Positions 1 to 10,100 of a stretch of 64,000 nucleotides of DNA are shown here, piece by piece. Numbering within the stretch: position 1 is the stretch's first letter; the number at the start of each line of letters is the position of its first letter. A model generated the notes under the pieces. The model had not been told where the DNA came from. It was given only the letters and a program-made list of their open reading frames with translations, and searched no databases. Both the position numbers and the translations under genes were made by a program. Location of the stretch: NCBI GenBank assembly GCA_039983935.1, contig JBDWVP010000055.1, positions 5,048-69,047 of the forward strand, written 5' to 3'. The DNA is from Roseobacter sp. GTDB lineage: Bacteria > Pseudomonadota > Alphaproteobacteria > Rhodobacterales > Rhodobacteraceae.

Positions 1-4
1 TAGT

Positions 5-3000
5 GTGAATGTGCAAACCGCCTGCTCGACATCGCTGGTTGCCACACATTACGCTTGTCAGGCGCTGATGACCGGGGAATGCGACACAGCCATTGCCGGC
101 GGGGTCACGGTCGAATTGCCCCAGAACCGTGGGTACATCTATAACGAGGGTGAGGTTCTCTCGCCTGATGGGCATTGCCATGCCTTTGATCATCGCGCCC
201 AAGGCACAGTTTTTGGCTCCGGTGCGGGGGCTGTGGTACTGCGTCGGCTGGAGGATGCCATCCGGGACGGCGACCACATCTGGGCCGTCATCAAGGGCAC
301 CGCGATCAACAATGATGGTGCTGCCAAGGCCGGTTATCTGGCCCCTTCCGTCGACGGGCAGGCCAGCGCCATCACCGAAGCGCAGCAGATGGCGAATGTG
401 ACCGCTGACACCGTTGATTATATAGAATGTCACGGCACGGGAACCTATCTTGGCGATCCGATCGAGGTCGCCGCCCTGACACAGGCGTTTTCCGAAACAA
501 CCCAAGAAACCGGGTTCTGCAAACTTGGGTCGGTCAAAACAAATATCGGGCATTTGGACACGGCCGCGGGTGTCGCCAGCATCATCAAGACCGCACTGTC
601 CTTGCATCACAAACAAATCCCGCCATCGTTGGGCTATGAAAAACCCAATCCGGCCATCGATTTTGAACACTCTCCTTTCCGGGTCAATGATAGTCTCAGC
701 GATTGGATCAGCCACAAAGGTCCCCGGCGCGCGGGCGTCAACTCGCTGGGTGTCGGGGGCACAAACGCCCATGCCGTACTGGAAGAGGCGCCCGAGCGCG
801 CCGCCTCAGACGCGCCGGAATGGCCATTCCAGCTGCTGACCATCTCGGGCCGTTCAAAAGCAGCTGTTGACGGGAATGCTGCCAATCTCGCCGCCCACTT
901 ACGCGCCCATCCGGATCAGAATTTAGCTGACGTTGCCTGGAGTTTGAAAGAAGGGCGTAAAGCCTTTGAACGGCGCCGGGTTGTGGTGGGTGAAACCGCT
1001 GCTGAGGCCGCCGCCCTTCTCGACGAAAACGATCCGCGCAAAGTCTTTAGCCATGTCGCTCTGGATCGCCCGGATCAGGTGTTCATGTTCCCCGGTGGGG
1101 GCGCACAATATGCGGGCATGGCGCGCGATCTCTACGAGACGGAGCCGGTCTTTGCTGAATGGATGGCGCGCGGGCTCGATATCCTTACGCCCAAACTTGA
1201 TTATGACATCCGCGCGCTCTGGCTGCCTGAACCCGGGCAGGAAGAAGCCGCGAATGCCGCACTACAAAAACCCTCGGTACAACTACCGCTGATCATGATC
1301 TGCGAATACGCGCTGGCCCAGCTTTGGATGAGCTGGGGTGTGCAACCGACGGCGCTTGTGGGCCACTCCATGGGCGAAAACACCGCCGCCTGTGTGGCGG
1401 GTGTGATGTCATTCGAAGACTGTATCGGGCTTGTGCACCTGCGCGGACAGCTCTTTGATACGGTCCCTGCTGGCGGCATGTTGTCCGTGTCCCTGTCCGC
1501 AGAAGATTTGACACCCTATTTGGGTGATGATCTGGATTTGGGTGCCGTGAATGCACCGTCTCTTTCTGTTGCAACCGGACCTCAGGCGGCTCTGGATCAG
1601 CTGGAAGCAAAGCTGAAGGCGGATGACATCGACTGTCAACGCATCCAAATCGACATTGCGGCGCATTCCCGCATGTTAGAGCCTATTTTAAAGGATTTTG
1701 GCGATTATCTGAAATCAATCACACTGAACCCACCACAGATCCCCTTCACCTCAAACCGCACCGGGCAGATGATCACCCCGGAACAGGCAACCAGCCCTGA
1801 TTATTGGGTAGAACACTTGCGCGGCACCGTCCATTTCGCGGAATGTATCGGCACATTGGCTGAAAAAAACCGCATCTTCATCGAGGTCGGACCGGGCCGG
1901 GCGATGGCAGCGCTGGCCGGGCAGCATCCAGCGGTTGAGGCCAATCAAGTCATCGATACCCTGCGCCACCCTGCATCTGATGCCGCAGATGACGCCTATT
2001 TTATGGCCATGCTGGGCCGCATCTGGGCGCTGGGGGGCACATTCGACTGGGCGCAATACTGGGGGGATGCCCGCCGCGTAAAAATCCCGCTGCCAACCTA
2101 TGCATTCCAAAAAAGCCCTTATTTCATCGAACCCGGTAAAACCGCATCCGAACCCGCCGAAAGCTGGCTGATGCGTGAAGAGGACACGGACCAATGGGGT
2201 TGGCGACCGGCGTGGCGTCCTGCCTATGCCGCCTGCGATATAGACGTCAGCGGCGATCTGTCCGGCATCGCGCGCGAAACATGGCTTGTCTTTGCGGATG
2301 AGGCCGGGCTGTGTGAACAGGTTAGCGCCAAACTGCGCGCCAGCGGGCACAAGGTTTTGACCGTGCGCGCCGGGGATACGTTTACCCGCGACGGCAAAGA
2401 GGATTATGTACTGTCGCCCGAACGCGGACGGGACAGTTATGATGCCTTGGTGGCTGATCTGGTTGCGCGCGAGATTTTACCCACGCGCATCCTGCATGGA
2501 TGGCTGGCCACCACGCGTGAAACCTTCCGTCCAGGGTCGAGCTTTTTCCACCGCAATCTTGAGCAAGGTTTCTTTAGCCTTCTGTTCTTGACCCAGGCAA
2601 TGGGTGACGAAGGATGGAGCCATCCCCTGCACATGACAGTGCTGAGTTCCGGCGCCGCCCAAGTCGCCCCCGGTGATCCCTTACCGCACCCTGAAAAAGC
2701 GACGCTGGCGGGACCTGCACGCGTTATTGGACGTGAATTCTCTAATATCACGGTCACCACGCTGGATCTCGACCTGCCGCAAACCACAAGCCGCAGCAAA
2801 CGTGCCCGGGTGGATGTGTCAGGTTTTGTTGCCCCGGTGTTGGAAGAAGTATTGGCCCCTCCGGTGACCCTCACGGCAGCGCTGCGCGGCCCTAAGCGTT
2901 TCGAATTGAATTATCGCGCACAACAACTGGCCCCCGTTGACGCCGTTGAAGCGATGTTGAAACCCGGTGGTGTCTATCTGATTACGGGCGGTTTTGGTGG

Positions 3001-5887
3001 CATTGGGCTGACATTGGCATGCCAGCTCATTGAAAAAACACAGGCCCGTATCGTTCTGGTTTCCCGCGCAACACTGCCGCCCAGATCAACATGGGACAAC
3101 CTGTTGGAAAACACCGCGCCGGGAGACCCGTTAGCGCGGCGCATCACAGCGGTGCGCAACCTGGAAGCCGCTGGTGGTGAGGTGCTGTGTCTTGCCGGTG
3201 ACGTGAGCAATGTCGAAGATATGCGCGACATGCGCGCCGAGATTGAAACGAAATTTGGCCCAGTGAACGGGGTGATCCATGCGGCTGGCGTCATTGAAGA
3301 CGGCCTTATTCAGACCAAAAGCATGACTGATATCGAAGATGTCTTTGCCCCGAAACTCCACGGCGTCAAAGTTCTCGAAGAGGTGTTTCCGGATGGCACG
3401 CTCGATTGGCTGGTGTTGTTTTCCTCAAGCTCCACCGCGACCGCCCCCGCCGGGCAGGTCGATTACGTTGCCGCCAACGAATACCTCAACGCCTATGCCA
3501 AATCCCGCTCAGACGGACAAACCAAGGTGCTCGCCGTAGGATGGGGCATCTGGGCAGATACCGGCATGGCTGCAGACGCCATGGCAGAACGAACAGGCAC
3601 ACAAACCCTTGCACCGATCCTGCCGGCAAACGTTCCCTTGTTGGATGAAAAGACATTTGACGCGGCAGGCAACCGGCTCTTTACGGCCAGCTATAACGTG
3701 GCAGACCGCTGGGTGTTAGACGATCACCGCACAGGTGCTGGAGATGCATTGATGCCCGGCACAGGGTATCTGGAACTTGCGGCCCAAGCCTTGGCCGCAC
3801 AGGGCGAGACGGCCGCCTTTGAAATCCGCGATCTGTATTTTTTACGCCCTCTGGCGGTTGGTGAAACCGAAACGCGCAGCGTACATCTGCGCCTGCCACG
3901 CAGCACAACCGGCTATGATATGGTGGTGGAAAGCGGCCCCGAGGATGCCCGTGAAATGAACGCACAGGCCAGCCTCGCGCTACTGCCGATGCCAAAACCT
4001 GCGCCACTTGATATTGCCGCCATCGCAGCACGCTGTGCAGCACCTAACGAGGCCGCTCCAGGGGATGCGCTGCAAAGCCCACAAGAGGTACATCTGCAGT
4101 TTGGGCCCCACTGGCGGGTCTTGCAAAAAACCGCTCTGGGTCAGGGCGAAGGCCTTGCTGAACTGGCTTTACCGCAAGTCGCTCAGGGCGACGCGACAAA
4201 CGGCTACCGGCTCCATCCCGGGCTGATGGATCTGGCCACAGGCTGGGCGATGCAGTTGATCGAGGGCTATGCAGCCAAACACCTGTGGGTGCCGGTATCT
4301 TATCGGTCCGTGCGCATCTACCGGGCGCTGCCGGATCGGGTCATCAGCTGGGTACGCAACGCGGGCGACAACCGTTCTGAGGGCGCGATCGCCAGCTTCG
4401 ATGTCACGATCGCCACCCCAGAGGGTGAAGTTTGCGTCGAAGTCACCGGCTTTTCGATCCGGCGCATGGAAAGCAGCGAAGGCTTTGCCATCGCCGCAGC
4501 ACCCTCATCAGAGAGTGGCACGGAAACAGACACCCCCCGTCCCTTGTCGCCCGCCGAAGAGCGGTTGCGTCACAATCTTTCACAGGGCATTCGCGCCGAA
4601 GAAGGCGGGGAGTTGTTCTTGCGGGCCCTCGCACTTGGGGCGCCACAGGTCATCATCACCTCCCAACCTCTCCCGGATTTGATCGCGCAGACCAGTAAAA
4701 CCGACGACGCAAGTGAAGGGGGCGGGCATACCTTTGAACGTCCCCAGCTGGACAGCGATTACGTCGAACCCGAGGGGGCGATTGAAACAACGCTTGCCGG
4801 GTTCTGGAGTGAGCTTTTAGGTGTCGACCAAATTGGAGCTGAGGATAGTTTCTTTGATTTGGGCGGGCATTCGCTGATTGCGGTGCGCCTCTTTGCGCAG
4901 ATCCGCAAAACCTACGCTGTGGATTTCCCCATTTCAGTCCTATTTGAGGCACCCACGATCCGTAAGGTTTCCGCGCTCATCGCTGAACGTGGCGGCAATA
5001 CAGCCGAAACAGACGACACCGGGGAACAAAGCAACACCGCGCGGAGCCAACCGGAACAACGCTTTACCCATCTGGTGCCGATGCACTCAGGTGAAGGGGG
5101 ACCCCTCACACCGTTCTTCCTTGTGGCAGGCATGTTCGGCAATGTCCTCAACCTGCGCCATCTCGCCCATCTTCTGGGCGCGGACCGGCCGTTTTATGGA
5201 TTGCAGGCGCGTGGGCTTTACGGCGACGCAGATCCGCATGACAACATCCCAGAAGCAGCACGTGACTACATCGCAGAAATGCGACAGGTACAGCCACATG
5301 GCCCCTATATGGTGGGAGGTTTTTCTGGTGGTGGCATCACCGCCTTTGAAATTGCCCGACAACTGCGCGAAGAGGGCGAAGAAATCTCAGCCGTCATCCT
5401 GCTCGACACGCCGTTACCGCAACGGCCTGCACTATCACGCCGGGATAGAGTCATGATCAACTGGCTCAACCTGCGCGATGAAGGGTTTGGTTATATCACA
5501 ACATGGGCGAAGAAACGTATCATGTGGGAACTCAAAAAGCGCCGGGGCGGTGCCATCGAAGATGAGGATGCCGGCCCGCAGTTTCATGATGCAGCAATTG
5601 AAGCGGCCTTCCTGCGGAGCGTTGCAGATTATCAAGTGGAATCATGGGATGGACCACTTACGCTCTTTCGTCCGCCATTACTTGCCCGTTGGGAGGTGGC
5701 TCCCGGCCGTCTCGTTGACAAGCACAAACATTATATGTTTGTCGATAATGATTGGACAAAATACGTGCCCAGCATCGACATCTTTGAGGTCCCGGGCGAT
5801 CATGACTCCATGGTACTCGAGCCAAACGTACGCGTTTTAGCCAACCGTATCAGACGAGTACTAGAGAAGGCTCCGGAAACCTCCTAA
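5..5887 (+). CDS. Type I polyketide synthase, 5'-truncated by the window edge; domains KS-AT-KR-DH-carrier-thioesterase
   Basis: The ORF is open to the window edge: the codon before nt 5 is in frame, and 'tag' at 1-3 is in another frame. KS motifs 'VQTACSTSL' (Cys codon nt 23-25), 'ECHGTGT' and 'NIGHLDTAAG'. AT 'GHSMGE' (~nt 1361). KR Rossmann 'YLITGGFGGIG' (~nt 2980) and 'VDYVAAN'. PS-DH 'LDDHRTGAGDALMPGTGYLE' (~nt 3720) lies after the KR. Carrier 'FFDLGGHSLIAV' (~nt 4850). Thioesterase 'GGFSGGG' (~nt 5315). Confidence 0.9.
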   Translation: MNVQTACSTSLVATHYACQALMTGECDTAIAGGVTVELPQNRGYIYNEGEVLSPDGHCHAFDHRAQGTVFGSGAGAVVLRRLEDAIRDGDHIWAVIKGTAINNDGAAKAGYLAPSVDGQASAITEAQQMANVTADTVDYIECHGTGTYLGDPIEVAALTQAFSETTQETGFCKLGSVKTNIGHLDTAAGVASIIKTALSLHHKQIPPSLGYEKPNPAIDFEHSPFRVNDSLSDWISHKGPRRAGVNSLGVGGTNAHAVLEEAPERAASDAPEWPFQLLTISGRSKAAVDGNAANLAAHLRAHPDQNLADVAWSLKEGRKAFERRRVVVGETAAEAAALLDENDPRKVFSHVALDRPDQVFMFPGGGAQYAGMARDLYETEPVFAEWMARGLDILTPKLDYDIRALWLPEPGQEEAANAALQKPSVQLPLIMICEYALAQLWMSWGVQPTALVGHSMGENTAACVAGVMSFEDCIGLVHLRGQLFDTVPAGGMLSVSLSAEDLTPYLGDDLDLGAVNAPSLSVATGPQAALDQLEAKLKADDIDCQRIQIDIAAHSRMLEPILKDFGDYLKSITLNPPQIPFTSNRTGQMITPEQATSPDYWVEHLRGTVHFAECIGTLAEKNRIFIEVGPGRAMAALAGQHPAVEANQVIDTLRHPASDAADDAYFMAMLGRIWALGGTFDWAQYWGDARRVKIPLPTYAFQKSPYFIEPGKTASEPAESWLMREEDTDQWGWRPAWRPAYAACDIDVSGDLSGIARETWLVFADEAGLCEQVSAKLRASGHKVLTVRAGDTFTRDGKEDYVLSPERGRDSYDALVADLVAREILPTRILHGWLATTRETFRPGSSFFHRNLEQGFFSLLFLTQAMGDEGWSHPLHMTVLSSGAAQVAPGDPLPHPEKATLAGPARVIGREFSNITVTTLDLDLPQTTSRSKRARVDVSGFVAPVLEEVLAPPVTLTAALRGPKRFELNYRAQQLAPVDAVEAMLKPGGVYLITGGFGGIGLTLACQLIEKTQARIVLVSRATLPPRSTWDNLLENTAPGDPLARRITAVRNLEAAGGEVLCLAGDVSNVEDMRDMRAEIETKFGPVNGVIHAAGVIEDGLIQTKSMTDIEDVFAPKLHGVKVLEEVFPDGTLDWLVLFSSSSTATAPAGQVDYVAANEYLNAYAKSRSDGQTKVLAVGWGIWADTGMAADAMAERTGTQTLAPILPANVPLLDEKTFDAAGNRLFTASYNVADRWVLDDHRTGAGDALMPGTGYLELAAQALAAQGETAAFEIRDLYFLRPLAVGETETRSVHLRLPRSTTGYDMVVESGPEDAREMNAQASLALLPMPKPAPLDIAAIAARCAAPNEAAPGDALQSPQEVHLQFGPHWRVLQKTALGQGEGLAELALPQVAQGDATNGYRLHPGLMDLATGWAMQLIEGYAAKHLWVPVSYRSVRIYRALPDRVISWVRNAGDNRSEGAIASFDVTIATPEGEVCVEVTGFSIRRMESSEGFAIAAAPSSESGTETDTPRPLSPAEERLRHNLSQGIRAEEGGELFLRALALGAPQVIITSQPLPDLIAQTSKTDDASEGGGHTFERPQLDSDYVEPEGAIETTLAGFWSELLGVDQIGAEDSFFDLGGHSLIAVRLFAQIRKTYAVDFPISVLFEAPTIRKVSALIAERGGNTAETDDTGEQSNTARSQPEQRFTHLVPMHSGEGGPLTPFFLVAGMFGNVLNLRHLAHLLGADRPFYGLQARGLYGDADPHDNIPEAARDYIAEMRQVQPHGPYMVGGFSGGGITAFEIARQLREEGEEISAVILLDTPLPQRPALSRRDRVMINWLNLRDEGFGYITTWAKKRIMWELKKRRGGAIEDEDAGPQFHDAAIEAAFLRSVADYQVESWDGPLTLFRPPLLARWEVAPGRLVDKHKHYMFVDNDWTKYVPSIDIFEVPGDHDSMVLEPNVRVLANRIRRVLEKAPETS

Positions 5888-5922
5888 CCAGAGCCAGAAT
5901 CACACTACAAGGACGCAACCGA

Positions 5923-6945
5923 ATGAGTACCTCCCCCTCCTCCTCTCCTTCAGGGCCTACGGTTCTAACCATCGTGCTGAATTACAAGACAGCAGAAATG
6001 ACGCTACAATCAGTACAAGCCGCGCGCACCGCCATGGAGAATATCTCTGGCGGGATCGTTGTTGTGGATAATGACAGCCAGGACGGCTCTTACGAAGCAA
6101 TCTTGGCACATGTTACGCAAGAAGGCTGGGACAAAGAAGATGCCGTTCGGGTCGTTCAAGCCGGACGCAATGGCGGGTTCGGCGCTGGGAACAATGTAGG
6201 CATCAAAGCCGGCCTTCCAGATGGGTCTATACCTGATTACATCTATGTCCTGAACTCAGACGCCTTTCCCGCACCAGATGCGATCCGCAAATTGCTGGAG
6301 CACCTGGAAGCAAACCCAAAATCTGGTTTCGCTGGCAGCTATATCCATGGCCCCGAAGGGGATAGACAACAATCCGCCTTTCGATTTCCCTCCATTATGA
6401 GCGAATTCGAAGGATCAGTTCGCCTTGGCGTGCTCACCACTCTGTTAAAAAACCACCGTGTCCCAATGGAGATTCCGACGCAAACCGGGCCCGTAAACTG
6501 GGTCGCAGGCGCCAGCATGTTAATGCGGCAAAGTGTACTTAACCAAATTGGCTTATTTGATGAAACGTTCTTTCTTTACTTTGAAGAAGTGGATCTGTGC
6601 CGCCGTGCAGGGCAAGCAGGGTACAGCACCGATTACGTACCAGCCAGTAAAGTCACGCATATTGGGTCTGTCTCCACTGGCATGAAAGAATGGAAGCGCG
6701 TGCCCTCCTACTGGTATGATAGCCGCTGGCATTATTTCTCCAAGAACCATGGTGCCTTTTACGCCATGACGGCAACTATGGCTCACCTTTGCGGTGGTTT
6801 CCTACACGCATTGCGCTGTCTGATCTTAAGACGCGACCGCCATGTCACACCTGGCTTTCTTAAGACAATGGTTACACATGACTTCCGCGCTCTTATTAGG
6901 CGCCCTACGTCCTCCCCCTTAAAGGAAAGCCAAAGCAGTATTTAA
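5923..6945 (+). CDS. Family 2 glycosyltransferase (rhamnosyltransferase-like GT-A fold)
   Basis: 'TVLTIVLNYKTAEMTLQSV...VVVDNDSQDGS' N-terminal GT2 signature, and 'YVLNSDAF' as the DxD-like region. It starts 36 nt after the PKS stop on the same strand. Confidence 0.8.
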   Translation: MSTSPSSSPSGPTVLTIVLNYKTAEMTLQSVQAARTAMENISGGIVVVDNDSQDGSYEAILAHVTQEGWDKEDAVRVVQAGRNGGFGAGNNVGIKAGLPDGSIPDYIYVLNSDAFPAPDAIRKLLEHLEANPKSGFAGSYIHGPEGDRQQSAFRFPSIMSEFEGSVRLGVLTTLLKNHRVPMEIPTQTGPVNWVAGASMLMRQSVLNQIGLFDETFFLYFEEVDLCRRAGQAGYSTDYVPASKVTHIGSVSTGMKEWKRVPSYWYDSRWHYFSKNHGAFYAMTATMAHLCGGFLHALRCLILRRDRHVTPGFLKTMVTHDFRALIRRPTSSPLKESQSSI

Positions 6946-7159
6946 GTAATCTGGAAAGCGGCATATCGAAGCGCGGTTTTATTGTTTGTTGAGCTAATCA
7001 AAGTCAAAATGCATAATAAAAGAGCCTCAAAACAGTCGAAAAATCTCTAAAATGGCCGGCAGAAGGCGGGCTACCACCCTAAAAAGGTAAATATTTTCAA
7101 CTTTTAATAGCACAGTGTTATAAACAAAAAATAGTAAGTATCATAGGTTCGGATTTTGT

Positions 7160-10100
7160 ATGTCCCACTTCAGTTCAGTCATCATCGGCAATGAAAGTCT
7201 CGCTATCCAATGCGGGGAAATACTGCTGGAGGGTGGGCATGCTATCGTCGCCGTCGTCACGCGCAACGATGATGTGAAAACCTGGGCCGTCGGGCGGAAT
7301 TTGCAGGTGGAACCCCCCGGCGCAGGGCTCGCGGATCGGCTGGCGGGGATATCTTTTGACTGGCTTTTATCGATTGCCAATCTTGATATCATTCCCCGCG
7401 CCATACTGGAGATGCCCACGCGGGGGGCGGTGAATTTCCATGACGGCCCACTGCCTGACTATGCCGGGCTCAACGCCCCGATCTGGGCGGCGCTGGCCGG
7501 TGAAAACGAACACGGGATCAGCTGGCATTTCATCGAAGGCGGTGTTGATGAAGGCGACGTGATCGCCAGCGCGCGGTTCTCTGTCTCGGACAGCGACACG
7601 GCACTGACCCTTAATACCAAATGCTATGCTGCAGCCATCGACAGCTTTGCGCAGGTGATGTCGGAACTGGCGTCGCCCTCTCCAGCCCGTACTCCCCAGG
7701 ATTTATCCCAGCGCAGTTATTTCGCCCGCGATGACCGGCCAGACGGCGGCGCACGGCTTGATTTTCAACGCCCTGCCGCGGATCTCGCACGGATTGTGCG
7801 CGCCCTTGATCATGGTGATTATTGGAACCCTTTAAGCGTCCCCAAATTTGAAGCCGGGGGGAAACTCTGGCTCGCGCGCGCCGCACATTTGGCCACCGGG
7901 GCCTCCGGTGCGGCTCCAGGTGCTGTCTGTGCGGCGGATGAAACGATCCTGACTGTTGCAACAGGGACAGGGGATCTGGTGATAACCCAGATCACCGATT
8001 GCAACGGACATCCCGCACGCCCGCAAGACATTACACGGGTTGGCGCGATCCTACCCTGCCCACAGGCTGCCGATCTGACAGAACTGACCGCAGCATTGGC
8101 ACCGCTGGCCGCCAATGATCCCAAGTGGCGCGCAACACTGGAAGGGATGAAGCCCGCAGATCTGCCGCTGATCAACAGCTCCGAAGGTGCGCCGCATCCT
8201 ATCGCGCGCCCAATCCCATTGCCAAATGGGATGGATCTCGCCCGCGCCCGTGCGGCCTTTGCGCTTTTGGCGATGCGGCTTTCAGCCACGGGCAATGCGA
8301 ATATTGCGCTGCATATACCTGCTTCTCCGGGCAAGGTCGCCCCCTACATCGCGGATTGGGCCCCTCTCATCCCTCAGCCAGAAGACAGTTTTACGACACT
8401 GGCAGCAACACTAGAAAGCAGCATGCAGGACGTGCGCATACGTGGTCCTTTTGCCGCTGACCTGATCGCGCGCCTGGCTGGTGCAGATGCGCCACCGCTG
8501 CCCCAATTGGGACTCTCAGAAGACCCAGAAGCGGGGCTCATCGGCCCCAGCGCACTGACCTTTGCCCTCAGCGCAGGGAATGCCACGCTTTTGGCGGATC
8601 AGGCCCGTGTTAGTGACACAACCCTTGATCTATATGCGGCCCGGCTGTCCCATCTGCTCGCGCATTTGGAGGCAAGCGATGAGCCCGCCGCCCTAGACAT
8701 TCTGCCCGATGCAGAGCGTCAGCGCGTGGTCAGCGACTGGAATGCGACCGGGAAAGAATACGACCCTGAACTCTGTGTCCATCAGGCTTTTGAGGCGCAG
8801 GTGGCCCGCACCCCTGAGGCTGAGGCTCTCGCCGTTGAAGGCCAAAGCCTGACATATGCGGAACTGAATGCCGCCGCCAATCGCATGGCACACAGGCTCA
8901 CAGCACTCGGGGTCTCCCCCGATACGATTGTTGGATTGCACCTGCCACGCTCAGTCGAACTGGTGGTCGCAGCGCTCGCCATTCTCAAAGCGGGCGGCGC
9001 TTACCTCCCGATGGACCCCGCCTACCCCGCCGATCGCACAGCGCTTTACATTGAGGACAGTCATGCAGCGGTGATTGTAACCAATGCCGAGCTTGCCGCC
9101 AGCATCCCCCAAGGCAACGCACGGATACTCGACATCGCCGAGGATCTCTCCGCGCTCCCGGAGGACAACATCGACAGTGGCGTTGCGGGGCATCATCTGG
9201 CCTATATGATCTATACCTCCGGCTCGACCGGGCGTCCCAAAGGGGTCATGGTTGAGCACCGCAATGTTGCGAATTTCTTTGCCGGTATGGATGATCGGAT
9301 CGATCATACCAGCGGGTCAGTCTGGCTCGCGGTAACCTCGCTTTCCTTTGACATTTCAGTTCTTGAGCTGTTCTGGACACTCGCACGTGGCTTCAAGCTG
9401 GTGCTGTCCGGGGATGAAAGCCGCACACTCGTTTCTGGCGAGGGGGGCGGTAGCACGGGCGGCATGGAATTCAGTCTCTATTACTGGGGAAATGATGACG
9501 GTGTGGGCCGCGATAAATATCGCTCGCTGCTGGAGGGGGCGAAGTTCGCAGACGAAAATGGCTTCTGCGCTGTTTGGACACCGGAGCGACATTTCCATGC
9601 CTTTGGCGGTCCCTATCCCAATCCATCCGTCACAGGGGCGGCCGTGGCCGGGTTCACAAAGAATATCGGTGTGCGCGCAGGGTCCTGCGTCGCCCCGCTA
9701 CACCATACCGCGCGCATTGCCGAGGAATGGTCTGTCATCGACAATTTGACAAACGGACGCGCAGGCCTTGCTATTGCGTCCGGCTGGCAGCCTGACGATT
9801 TTGTCTTGCGCCCGGAAAACACCCCCCCCGAAAACAAGCCTGCCATGTTCCGCCAGATCGCGGATTTGCGCAAGCTTTGGGCCGGGGAACCTGTGGAATT
9901 CCCCCGCAAAGACGGGCAGATGCACGCGGTGATCACGCAACCCCGGCCGATTTCTGCCGCGCCCGATCTATGGGTCACAACCGCTGGCAATCCCGAGACG
10001 TGGAAAGAGGCAGGGCGCAATGGCTGTCATGTACTGACCCATCTCTTGGGTCAGTCGGTCAGCGAGGTCGCAGACAAAATCAAGCTCTACCATGAGGCTT

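Noticed and set aside
1-4. 'tag' at nt 1-3 as an upstream stop that would make the PKS ORF complete
   Set aside because: It is in a different frame. The in-frame codon before nt 5 is sense, and the protein begins in the middle of the KS active-site motif, so the gene is truncated by the window.
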